Shown: positions 9,821 through 18,052 of the stretch, one piece after another
How the letters are laid out: each line of letters begins with the position of its first letter
Position numbering within the stretch: position 1 is the stretch's first letter
Assembly (NCBI GenBank): GCA_963834625.1
Contig: CAWICM010000009.1
Location: forward strand, 426,706-490,705
From: an uncultured Solirubrobacterales bacterium
GTDB lineage: Bacteria > Actinomycetota > Thermoleophilia > Solirubrobacterales > Solirubrobacteraceae
Reading direction: 5' to 3'
DNA: 64,000 nucleotides
Program-made: the position numbers and the translations under genes
Notes under the pieces: generated by a model
What the model was told of the DNA's origin: nothing
The model's input: the letters and a program-made list of their open reading frames with translations, nothing else
The model's database searches: none

Positions 9821-10207
9821 ATGGCTATTTCGAATGACACCTGCCCGGTGTGCCGCACGGCCGACATCGTCTGCGGCAAGTGGACGCTGCTGGTGATCCG
9901 CGACCTGGCCGAAGGTCGATCGCGGTTCTGCGAGCTCGAGCGTTCCCTGCACGGCATCAGCCCGCGCACGCTGTCGCTGCGGCTGCGCGCGCTGGAGGAG
10001 GAGGGCGTCGTCGAGCGCCAGACCTTCCCCGAGGTCCCGCCGCGAGTCGAGTACGCCCTGACCGACAAGGGCCGGGCGCTCGTCCCGCTGATCGAGGACA
10101 TGCGGGCGTACGGCCTCAAGTGGCTGTTCGAGGAGGACTGCGATGAACCGGCCGCCGGCGAGAGCGCCGCGGTCGATGATCGCGAGCCGGCGATCGCCGC
10201 GGTCTGA
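9821..10207 (+). CDS. HxlR-family winged-helix transcriptional regulator
   Basis: CPV...GKWTLLVIRDL...RFCELERSLHGISPRTLSLRLRALE...PPRVEYALT. Confidence 0.92.
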   Translation: MAISNDTCPVCRTADIVCGKWTLLVIRDLAEGRSRFCELERSLHGISPRTLSLRLRALEEEGVVERQTFPEVPPRVEYALTDKGRALVPLIEDMRAYGLKWLFEEDCDEPAAGESAAVDDREPAIAAV

Positions 10208-10218
10208 CCGCTGCGACG

Positions 10219-10668
10219 ATGCGGATCGCGCTGTCCGCCGATGAGCTGACGGGGATCGCCTCGGCGATACCCGAGGAGCTGCGGCGACGCGGCCACGAGC
10301 CGGTGCTGCACGGTGCCTACTCTCCGGATCGCGAACGTCCAGACTGGGCGTGGGCGAGCGAGATGGCGGCTCGCGACGTGGCCGAGGGGCGGGCCGAGCA
10401 GGCCATCGTCGCGTGCTGGACGGGAACCGGCGCCTCGATCGCGGCCAACAAGGTCGCGGGCATCCGCGCGGCCCTGTGCGCCGACGCGGCCACCGCCTCC
10501 GGGGCGCGCCGCTGGAACGACGCCAACGTGCTCGCGCTGAGCCTGCGTGCGACCTCGCAGGCCGAGCTCGAGGAGATCCTCGACGCCTGGTTCGCGGGTG
10601 GCGCCAGCGACGAGGCCGACGACGTCGAGAACATCGCGCACCTGGCGGTCATCGAGAGCGCCCGCTAG
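10219..10668 (+). CDS. rpiB: RpiB/LacA/LacB family sugar-phosphate isomerase
   Basis: CWTGTGASIAANKVAGIRAA and WNDANVLAL motifs. Confidence 0.9.
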   Translation: MRIALSADELTGIASAIPEELRRRGHEPVLHGAYSPDRERPDWAWASEMAARDVAEGRAEQAIVACWTGTGASIAANKVAGIRAALCADAATASGARRWNDANVLALSLRATSQAELEEILDAWFAGGASDEADDVENIAHLAVIESAR

Positions 10669-10716
10669 GCGCGGACTCGGGAAGAAACTTCAGCATGGTG
10701 GGGGTTTCTTCCCAAG
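10665..10716. repeat. REP-like palindrome, copy A of the GGGAAGAAAC/GTTTCTTCCC family
   Basis: 10-bp perfect stem (10679-10688/10704-10713) after the rpiB stop. It shares GTTTCTTCCCAAG with 35447-35459. Confidence 0.6.
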
Positions 10717-10753
10717 GGGAGGAAACGCCGTACGAGATCGCGAACCGGCGGAC

Positions 10754-11998
10754 GTGCGCAACACCACGCTCCACGGGGTCATCGAGGCCTTCGCCACCGA
10801 GGCGGCGATGCAGCTCACGGCCGAGACGTCCTCGGGGGCGGAGATCCCGTTCGAGCTGGTCGAGACGACGGGCGGACCACGGGGCCGCGTTCCGCTGTAT
10901 TGCTATCGCCCGCTCACCGGGTCGTTCATCCGCGAGCGGCTGGGACTGCTCGCCGCCATGCCCACCTATGCGCCGGCGCTGCGCGCGCTGAGCGCGCTGG
11001 ACGGGGTCGAGGCGTACCTGCACCAGCGCGGGGAGCGGCGGATCCCGGACGAGCCGCGCGAGTGCGCCGACGCCGCGTTGCGCGTCTTCCTGTCCGAGGT
11101 GTTCGCCGAGCGGACCGAGTTCGGGTTCGATCCCGACCGGTTCGAGGACGCTTACGAGGAGCTCGAGCGGGCCCTGTACGAGGGGCGGGCGGTGACCACG
11201 GTGGTGGCACCCGTGCTGGGCGTGGTGCTGGACCCGGACACCCGCGAGCTGGCCCTCGGTGACGGCCTCTCATTGATCGCCGGCGACGCGCTCGAGGACG
11301 CGCCGTCCGAGGCGGTGTGGGGGGACGGGGAGGAGCCGCACGTGCTGATCGTCCTGACCGCGGCCCAGGACCGGACCGCGCCGGCTCCCGTGTCGGTGGC
11401 GCGGGCCCGCTTTCGCCGCACCCTGACCGCGCTGCGGCTGTTCGAGCGCGGCGGCTATGCCCTCGGCCCGGTGGCGTGGACGCGGATCGACGACGGCGCC
11501 TGGCGCTCGGTGGCGCTGGGCGGCAGCGGGCGTCCCGGCCTGCCCCGGCGGATCGCGGCCGAACAGGAGGACGAGCTGCGGGCCTTCTGCAACCTCGTGG
11601 CGCGCCGGACGCCGCGCAGCGGGGAGATCGCCTGGGCGCTGGCCCGGTTCGAGATGGGCTGTGAGCGCCTCGCGCCGTTCGAGGCGCTGACCGACTACCT
11701 GCTGGCCCTGAGAGCCCTGCTCGAGCCCGAGGGCACGGCCAGCGGGCGGCTGGCCGGCCGCCTGGCGGCGATCTGCGCAGGGCCGGAGGATCGCGCCGCG
11801 GTGGCCGAGCGCACCGCCCACGCGATCTCGCTGGAGCGGGCGGTGATCGGGGGCCTCGCGCCGGCCCATCCCGGCGTCGACTCACTCGTCGACGAGCTCA
11901 CCGAGTACCTGCGGGCCCTGCTCAGGGACGTGCTCTGCGGCCATCTCCACGCGGACCTTTGTGCGGTCGCGGACGAGCTGCTCGCCCAGGCGGTCTGA
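10754..11998 (+). CDS. Hypothetical protein with a possible degenerate ApeA-like HEPN C-terminal domain
   Basis: The C-terminal helical pattern ALARFE...EALTDYLLALRALLEP...LAGRLAAI resembles ApeA-type HEPN, but there is no R-x4-H motif. GTG start at 10754. Confidence 0.6.
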   Translation: MRNTTLHGVIEAFATEAAMQLTAETSSGAEIPFELVETTGGPRGRVPLYCYRPLTGSFIRERLGLLAAMPTYAPALRALSALDGVEAYLHQRGERRIPDEPRECADAALRVFLSEVFAERTEFGFDPDRFEDAYEELERALYEGRAVTTVVAPVLGVVLDPDTRELALGDGLSLIAGDALEDAPSEAVWGDGEEPHVLIVLTAAQDRTAPAPVSVARARFRRTLTALRLFERGGYALGPVAWTRIDDGAWRSVALGGSGRPGLPRRIAAEQEDELRAFCNLVARRTPRSGEIAWALARFEMGCERLAPFEALTDYLLALRALLEPEGTASGRLAGRLAAICAGPEDRAAVAERTAHAISLERAVIGGLAPAHPGVDSLVDELTEYLRALLRDVLCGHLHADLCAVADELLAQAV

Positions 11999-12030
11999 TG
12001 ACGACGCTCGCCCAGGCGGTCTGATGACGA
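11980..12030 (+). repeat. 26-nt tandem duplication spanning a stop codon
   Basis: GCTCGCCCAGGCGGTCTGATGACGA occurs at 11980 and at 12006. Confidence 0.9.
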
Positions 12031-12227
12031 TGCTCGCGCGGGTGGTTCGGTGGCGTCGTCGTCGACGTCGCCGCTTCGTGGTCGAGGGCCTCTGGGTGGG
12101 TCATAACCGCGCATTCGGCGCGGTCGCGGGCTCCAGTGCGCGGTCGTGACCCATATACGTGCCTGGATCCACACTCGAGCGGCGGGGCGGGGCGAGTGTG
12201 GGGCTGTGACCCAGCGCGCATGACCAG

Positions 12228-12424
12228 CCCTACCGGCACCCGCTAGGCTTGAATACCAGGCCGCTCCCCACTCGGTCTCGCGTGCGGGGCCGGGATTGTC
12301 TTGCCTGCCAGGCCTGACATGTAAGTCCTGGGGCTCCTATGAAGGAAAGGGGAGCGCGACCTGCAGTTTCGAGCGGGCCACAGCGCCCGCTCGTCCTGTT
12401 AACGGCCTCCGAGCCATGGGTAGG
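12228..12424. ncRNA. Candidate structured non-coding RNA with 6S-like architecture; strand unresolved
   Basis: Hand-folded pairings: CCTACC/GGTAGG, GGC/GCC, AGGC/GCCT, CAGG-CC-GCTCCCC/GGGGAGC-GA-CCTG, plus an 8-bp side hairpin at 12371-12392. About 197 nt, with no credible ORF. Confidence 0.4.
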
Positions 12425-12538
12425 AAACCCAGCGTGAATGCTCGTGATCGGCGGGTCGCGGCGAGTTATGCTGCGGCCGTGCCACCGACCGCCGCGCGTC
12501 CCGCCGTGCTTCCCAACGTGCATCCGGACTGCCGGAAC

Positions 12539-12703
12539 ATGCCGCGGACGGGCGACGACGGCTTTGAGGAACTGTGCCACCTCGTCACCGAGCAGGATCC
12601 CGATACCGCCCTGTGCGGCAAGGACGTGTCCGGCTACCCGTGGGATCCGCCGTGGCCTCGCTGCGAGGCCTGCCTGTCGGTGGCCCGCGGAGAGATGAAC
12701 TAG
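12539..12703 (+). CDS. Small putative metal-binding protein (DUF3039-like)
   Basis: CH...ALCGK...PWPRCEAC resembles the ALCG...CxxC pattern. The start codon is uncertain. Confidence 0.55.
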   Translation: MPRTGDDGFEELCHLVTEQDPDTALCGKDVSGYPWDPPWPRCEACLSVARGEMN

Positions 12704-12704
12704 T

Positions 12705-12737
12705 GGTGCGACCGTACTTACGGGGACGACCACTAGT
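12705..12737 (+). repeat. 33-bp dispersed repeat, copy 1
   Basis: GGTGCGACCGTACTTACGGGGACGACCACTAGT, 30/33 identical to 31715-31747. Confidence 0.85.
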
Positions 12738-12764
12738 CGGCCCCGCGGGCGTCGGGATCAGACC

Positions 12765-13265
12765 GTGAGCGACTACGAGCTGACCTGCATCGTCGAGATC
12801 CCCAAGGGCAGCCGCAACAAATACGAGTACGACCCGGAGCTTGGGGGGATCAAGCTCGATCGGTTCATCTCGGCCTCGGTCGTCTATCCGACCGACTACG
12901 GGTACGTGCCCGAGACGCTCGCCCCCGACGGCGATCCGCTCGACGTGCTGGTGTGCGTGTCGGAGCCCACGTTCCCCGGCTGCTTCGTGCTGGCGAAGGT
13001 GGTGGGGCTGTTCAAGATGTCCGACGAGAAAGGCCCCGACGATCACGTGGTGTGCGTGCCGTTCGAGGACCCCGGTTGGAACTACTACGAGGACGTCGAC
13101 GACCTGCCCGGGCAGCTGCGGGCAGAGATCGGCCACTTCTTTGATGTCTACAAGGACCTCGACCCCGAACGGCACTCCGAGGTCAAGGGCTGGGACGGCC
13201 GCGACGCCGCGGTCGAGGCGATCGAGAAGGCGCGCCAGGCGTTCCGTGACGGCAAAGCGGAGTAG
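12765..13265 (+). CDS. ppa: Inorganic pyrophosphatase (family I)
   Basis: EIPKGSRNKYEYD, YPTDYG and DGDPLDVLV. Confidence 0.96.
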   Translation: MSDYELTCIVEIPKGSRNKYEYDPELGGIKLDRFISASVVYPTDYGYVPETLAPDGDPLDVLVCVSEPTFPGCFVLAKVVGLFKMSDEKGPDDHVVCVPFEDPGWNYYEDVDDLPGQLRAEIGHFFDVYKDLDPERHSEVKGWDGRDAAVEAIEKARQAFRDGKAE

Positions 13266-13271
13266 CCGGAC

Positions 13272-14129
13272 TCAGTCGGTCCTGGACTCTCGTTCCCCGG
13301 GCTCGGATTCCCGTTCCCCGGGCTCGGATTCCTGTTCCGCGCGCTCGGATTCCTGTTCCCGCGGCTCGGATTCCTGTTCCGCGGGCTCGGATTCCCGTTC
13401 CGCGCGCTCGGATTCCTGTTCCCCGGGCTCGGATTCCCGTTCCGCGCGCTCGGCCTTCCTTTTTCGCCACCGCCACACCCGCCGCCCGATGAAGAAGACG
13501 ATCACCAGCCCCACGGCGATCGCGAAATACGCCTCGTAGCGCGTCGCCGTGTTGTAGATGCTGTCGATGTGGTCGCCCGAGAAGTAGCCGATCGACACCC
13601 ACACCCCAACCCAGAGCGCGGCGCCGAGTGCGTTGAACGGGATGAACCGCGTCCAGTGCATTCCGGTGATCCCGGCGATGATCCCGTTGGCCTGTCGCAG
13701 GCCCTCGACGAACCGGGCGATCACGATCACCTTCCCGCCATGCTGGTCGAAGAAGGCCGCGGCCTTGTCCAGGCGCTCGGGGGTCAGGAAGATGTACTTG
13801 CCGAACCGCTCGGCCAGCGGCCGGCCGCCGAAATGCCCGATCGCGAAGCCGACGTTGTCGCCGAGGAGGGCGGCCAGGAAGCCGAAGAGCGCCACGAGCC
13901 AGATGTTCAGTCGCCCGGTGCCCGCATAGATCGCCGAGACGATGAGCACGGTCTCGCCGGGCACCGGAATCCCGAAGTCCTCCAGGAACACCAGACCGAG
14001 CGCGAGATAGCCGAAGCGGTCGAGCGTCGGCTCGAGGCTGTGCAGGACGCCCGGAAGATGCGCGGGCGCAGCGGCGGCCGTTAGGAGGGGGTCGAACACG
14101 GTGCAGACCCTACCCGCGGGCTCTGCCAT
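13272..14129 (-). CDS. DedA family membrane protein with an acidic heptad-repeat tail
   Basis: GIPVPGET, GDNVGFAIG and ARFVEGLR. The start may be the GTG near 14099. Confidence 0.92.
   Translation of the reverse strand: MAEPAGRVCTVFDPLLTAAAAPAHLPGVLHSLEPTLDRFGYLALGLVFLEDFGIPVPGETVLIVSAIYAGTGRLNIWLVALFGFLAALLGDNVGFAIGHFGGRPLAERFGKYIFLTPERLDKAAAFFDQHGGKVIVIARFVEGLRQANGIIAGITGMHWTRFIPFNALGAALWVGVWVSIGYFSGDHIDSIYNTATRYEAYFAIAVGLVIVFFIGRRVWRWRKRKAERAERESEPGEQESERAERESEPAEQESEPREQESERAEQESEPGERESEPGERESRTD
13290..13453 (-). repeat. In-frame 21-nt tandem repeat (about 7.5 copies) encoding ESE(P/R)x(E)(Q/R)
   Basis: Units of G(G/C)GCTCGGATTCC(C/T)GTTCC(C/G)(C/G) on the plus strand. Confidence 0.9.
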
Positions 14130-14138
14130 GATCGCGAC

Positions 14139-15152
14139 ATGACCGCCGTCAGGCTGACCTCGCTATCGCACGGCGCCGGCTGTGCGTGCAAGGTGCCCGC
14201 GGCGCTGCTCGCGCCCCTTATCCAGGATCTACCGCGCTCGGCCGATCCGGACCTGCTGGTGGGCACCGAGACGAGCGACGACGCGGGCGTCTACCGCCTG
14301 CGCGAGGACCTGGCGCTGGTGCAGACCGCCGACTTCTTCACCCCGATCGTCGACGATCCCTACGACTTCGGGCGGATCGCCGCCACCAACGCCCTGTCCG
14401 ACGTGTACGCGATGGGAGGCCGGCCGGTCAGCGCCCTGAACCTGGTGGCGTGGTCGATTGCCGACCTCGGCGCGGAGATGCTCGGAGAGGTGCTGCGCGG
14501 TGGCTACGACGTGGTCAGCGCGGCCGGGGCGGTGATCGTGGGCGGCCACACGATCGACGACCCCGAGCCCAAGTACGGCCTGGCGGTCACCGGCGTGCTC
14601 GACCCGGCCGACCTGATCACGAACGCCGGCGGACGCGCCGGGGACGCGCTGGTCCTGACCAAGCCCGTCGGGGCGGGCGCGATCACTACATCGTTGAAGA
14701 AGGGATTGGTCGGCGACGAGACACTGGCGGCTGCGGTCGAGGTCATGACCGAGCTCAACGAGACCGCGGCGCAGGCGGCGCGGGCAGCGGGCGCCCGCGC
14801 GATGACCGACGTGACCGGCTTCGGGCTGCTCGGTCATCTGCACGAGCTGACCCTGGCCAGCGGCGTGGCCGCTGAGATCGAGGCCCGGGCAGTGCCCGCG
14901 ATCGACGGCGCGCTCGAGCTTCTGGCCGACGACCGGGCGGTCGCCGGCGGGAGCCGCAACAACCGCCGCTATGCCGAGGAGTTCGCCGTGTTCGAGGACG
15001 ACGTCGACGAGGTGCGCAGGAGGCTCGTGACCGACGCGATGACCTCGGGTGGGCTGCTCGTGGCGGTTGATCCGGCGCGGGCCGACGAGATCCCGGGCGC
15101 GCTGATCGGGCGGCTCACCACCGGCGAGCCGGGCACGATCAGCGTCATTTGA
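14139..15152 (+). CDS. selD: Selenide, water dikinase (Cys-type active site)
   Basis: HGAGCACK, DDAGVY, DFFTPIVDDPYDFGRIAATNALSDVYAMGG, DVTGFGLLGH and TSGGLL. Confidence 0.96.
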   Translation: MTAVRLTSLSHGAGCACKVPAALLAPLIQDLPRSADPDLLVGTETSDDAGVYRLREDLALVQTADFFTPIVDDPYDFGRIAATNALSDVYAMGGRPVSALNLVAWSIADLGAEMLGEVLRGGYDVVSAAGAVIVGGHTIDDPEPKYGLAVTGVLDPADLITNAGGRAGDALVLTKPVGAGAITTSLKKGLVGDETLAAAVEVMTELNETAAQAARAAGARAMTDVTGFGLLGHLHELTLASGVAAEIEARAVPAIDGALELLADDRAVAGGSRNNRRYAEEFAVFEDDVDEVRRRLVTDAMTSGGLLVAVDPARADEIPGALIGRLTTGEPGTISVI

Positions 15153-15822
15153 GGCGTTCCAGGTCCTCGCGCGCCGCGACGCCCAGGTATCGCCCCTCGG
15201 GCGTGGTGACGATCGCCCAGCGATAGCCCCTGTCGGCCAGGAAGCCGGCGACCTTACCTGCGGATGCGTGCGGGCGAAATGTTTTCGGGCCAGGCTCCGC
15301 GACGTCCCAGACCGGCCCCGCTGAGGCGGGATCCAGGACGGTGGACGGAGCTCGCCCGAGCAACGTGCGGTCGTCGCTCGTGACCAGCGCGAACGGGTAG
15401 GGCGAACGCTCGATCGACTCGCACACCTCGGCGATGCGATCGGTAGGACGGCACAGCGCGGCGTCGTCGCGCATCGCGCGTCCAGCGGTCGGCGCGTAGG
15501 TCTCGTCGCCTTCAAGCGGCAGGTTGTGTGCCAGCCAGTCGACCTTCCCGGGCACGTAGTCGTAGACGTCGGTGAACCCGAGCGTGTCGAGCCGGCACGC
15601 GGCTCGTGGACTGAGGTCTCAGAGGGAGTCCCAGCAGTACACGACCACCGGTCGGGTGCGATCGAGTACAGCCGCGTGCTGCTCGTCGAGCTCGCGCAAC
15701 GGCAGGTTGACCGCGCCCGGAAGGTGCGCCGGGGCGTAGTCGTCGCTGGGCAGCACCTCGACCAGCTGCGATCCCCGGTCGATCAGCTCCTGGAGTTGCT
15801 CTAGGCAGATCGGCGTGGCCAT
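15145..15822 (-). CDS. Rhodanese-CBS domain protein, probable selenoprotein (in-frame UGA at 15621-15619)
   Basis: Track ORFs 15619..15822 and 15145..15555 share a frame. Read-through gives VVVYCWDSL-U-DLSPRAACRLDTLGFTDVYDYVPGKVDW, which completes the rhodanese domain, followed by a CBS pair. Confidence 0.8.
15588..15606 (-). promoter_or_regulatory. Candidate bacterial SECIS hairpin
   Basis: CGAGCCG-CGTGC-CGGCTCG; the loop starts 20 nt after the UGA and has G at loop position 2. Confidence 0.6.
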
Positions 15823-15834
15823 GGTGCCGGGTGG

Positions 15835-16335
15835 CTACCCGATGCCGAGCTCGCCCAGCGCCTGCACCAGCACGTCGCGGGTGGCTTCGAGCGCCTGCGG
15901 GATCACGTTCGTGGCGGCCAGCACCGGCATGAAGTTGTTATCGCCGCTCCATCTCGGCACCACGTGCAGGTGCACGTGGTCGACGATCCCGGCGCCGGCC
16001 ACCTTGCCGAGGTTGTAGCCCACGTTGAAGCCGTCGGGCGTCATCGCGTGGCGGATGGCCAGGATCGACCGGCGGGTGAGCTGCATGGTCTCGAGCATTT
16101 CGTCTGGGGTCAGGTCCTCGAGCGCCCCGACGTGGCGGACCGGCGCGACCATCATGTGGCCCGGGGCGTACGGGAACGCGTTCAGGATGGTCAGGCAGTG
16201 CTCGGTGCGGTCGATCGGCTGATGGGCGGGATCCTCGTTGCGACCGGTCGCGGCCGCGCAGAAGATGCAATCCCCATCCTTGGGTCCGGTGATGTACTCG
16301 ATGCGCCAGGGCGCCCAAAGTGGCCGGTCGGTCAT
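15835..16335 (-). CDS. HIT family hydrolase (Ap4A phosphorylase/hydrolase-like)
   Basis: CIFC, LNAFPYAPGHMMVAP and HVHLHVVPRW. Confidence 0.93.
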   Translation of the reverse strand: MTDRPLWAPWRIEYITGPKDGDCIFCAAATGRNEDPAHQPIDRTEHCLTILNAFPYAPGHMMVAPVRHVGALEDLTPDEMLETMQLTRRSILAIRHAMTPDGFNVGYNLGKVAGAGIVDHVHLHVVPRWSGDNNFMPVLAATNVIPQALEATRDVLVQALGELGIG

Positions 16336-16355
16336 GGGCGTGGGAATCTACCCAT

Positions 16356-16910
16356 GTGTTCCACATCGAGCTTCGCCAGTTTCCCCACCAGACACGGGTG
16401 TTCAACCTCACGCCCGAGCAGCTCGAGGCGCGGATCGTCGGCCCATGGGTGGCCGGTCGTACGATCGAGCTCGACGAACGCCGCTGGGACTCGGACCGGG
16501 CCAGGCTGACGATCTACGAGGGACCGGAACTCTCGCCCGACCAGCTCGGGATGGGACGGGGATGGGCCAACGTGACCCGTTCCGGAAAGGAGGTGACCGC
16601 GCGCGTGCTGGCCAACCGAGCGCAGCCCGCGCCGGTCGCCGAGCTCAAGCGCGATCTGATCGAGAGCTGCGCCTACGGAGCCGTCCCGCTACGGCGGCTC
16701 GTCGAGCTCACCGGCGAGCGCTATCCGCAGTCGCGGGTGAGCGAGCGGATCGCCCTGTGCGAGCAGGTGGCGTGGGAGCTGCTGCACGAGGGGACGGTGC
16801 GGCTCGTGCGGGCGGGGATGACGGTCGAGCGCTCCGACTGGCAGGACGCGCTGCTGCGCTGGGAGGCGTGGAGCGGCGAGGCCGTGACCCTTGCGACGGC
16901 CCAGCCCTAG
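16356..16910 (+). CDS. Hypothetical protein
   Basis: Normal composition, GTG start, divergent from the HIT gene; no family recognised. Confidence 0.6.
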   Translation: MFHIELRQFPHQTRVFNLTPEQLEARIVGPWVAGRTIELDERRWDSDRARLTIYEGPELSPDQLGMGRGWANVTRSGKEVTARVLANRAQPAPVAELKRDLIESCAYGAVPLRRLVELTGERYPQSRVSERIALCEQVAWELLHEGTVRLVRAGMTVERSDWQDALLRWEAWSGEAVTLATAQP

Positions 16911-18052
16911 GCGACCAGGTCGTCGATCAGCTGCTCCCTTTCGGCCTGAGAGCCGAACAGGTAGCGGTGGATGCGTACGAGGCCCTCGATGTCGTGCACG
17001 TCGTCGTCCAGCTGGGGCACGAGCAGCAGCCGGCGCTCGTCGAGCTCACTAGCCAGGCGAACCAAGTTCTGCTCGTCGCGGCGCGCCAGCACGTGGTAAT
17101 CGCGGAAGTTCTCGGCCACGCGGGTGGCCAGCCCCGGCGGGAGCACCCGGGCCAAGGACCGCCTGACCTCGCGCGGCGGGCGATCGCCCAGGAGGTCGTG
17201 GTGGACGCGGTTCACGACCACGCCGGCGAACGGGAGCCCGTCGGCCTCGAGCCGCTGCCCGAACCAGATGGCCTCGTCGATCGGCTCGCGAGCGGCCGAG
17301 GTGACGAGTAGGAACGCCGTGCTCTCAGCCCGCAGCAACTGCTCGACCTGGGCCGCGCGCTGGCTGAAGTCGTTGGTCATGTCGCCGAGGAGCTGAAAGA
17401 ACGTGGTCAGGTCGCTGATCAGGTCGATCCCGGTGATCCGTCGCAGGCCGCCCAGCAGCGGGAGCGCACCGCGCCCCAGGGCGCGGAAGCCGAGCCCCGT
17501 GGGCTTCATGAACGCCTTCAAGGCGCGCCCTTCCAGGAACGCATTGAGCCGGCCCGGCGCGTCGAGGAACTCGAGCGCGTTGCGCGAGGGCGGCGTGTCG
17601 AGCACCAGCAGATCGAAGTCCCCGTCCTGGTCGAGCTCGTAGAGCTTGGCGATCGCGGTCAGCTCCTGGGAACCCGACACCGCGGTGGACAGCTCCCGGT
17701 ACACGCGGTTGGCCTTGATCTCCTCCGCGCGCCCAGGCTCCGGCGCGATCCGGTCGATCAGCTCGTCGAACGTCCGCTTGGGATCGAGCATCATGGCCCA
17801 CAGCTCGCCCTGGACGTCCAGCGCGCCGCCGGCCAGGCGTTCCGGCTTCACCCGGCGCGGCTCGTTCTCGAGCTCCTCGAGACCCAGCGCGTCGGCCAGC
17901 CGGTTGGCCGGGTCGATCGTCACCACGGCCACCTTGGCGCCGGTGGCGGCCATGCCGAGCGCGATCGCGGCCGAGCTCGTGGTCTTGCCCACGCCCCCAG
18001 ACCCGGCGCACACGCACACCCGCTTGCCTTCGAGCATCTCGGCGACGTTCAC
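16907..18052 (-). CDS. ArsA/Get3-like ATPase
   Basis: GSGGVGKTT, TIDPA and DTPP. Confidence 0.92.
   Translation of the reverse strand: MNVAEMLEGKRVCVCAGSGGVGKTTSSAAIALGMAATGAKVAVVTIDPANRLADALGLEELENEPRRVKPERLAGGALDVQGELWAMMLDPKRTFDELIDRIAPEPGRAEEIKANRVYRELSTAVSGSQELTAIAKLYELDQDGDFDLLVLDTPPSRNALEFLDAPGRLNAFLEGRALKAFMKPTGLGFRALGRGALPLLGGLRRITGIDLISDLTTFFQLLGDMTNDFSQRAAQVEQLLRAESTAFLLVTSAAREPIDEAIWFGQRLEADGLPFAGVVVNRVHHDLLGDRPPREVRRSLARVLPPGLATRVAENFRDYHVLARRDEQNLVRLASELDERRLLLVPQLDDDVHDIEGLVRIHRYLFGSQAEREQLIDDLVA

Noticed and set aside
10754-11998. Active HEPN anti-phage system
   Set aside because: The catalytic R-x4-H motif is absent and no defence or partner genes are nearby.
11922-12239. 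Small ORFs on either strand of this gap
   Set aside because: Low-complexity, partly produced by the 26-nt duplication, with no RBS or motif support.
12349-12361. ZTP (pfl) riboswitch look-alike GGGGAGCGCGAC
   Set aside because: The 5' GTCG(C/T)GACTGGCG partner and the 3' CGCCTGGGC are missing, and there is no purine/folate gene downstream.
14139-14200. Sec-containing SelD
   Set aside because: The active-site codon is TGT (GCACK); there is no in-frame UGA.
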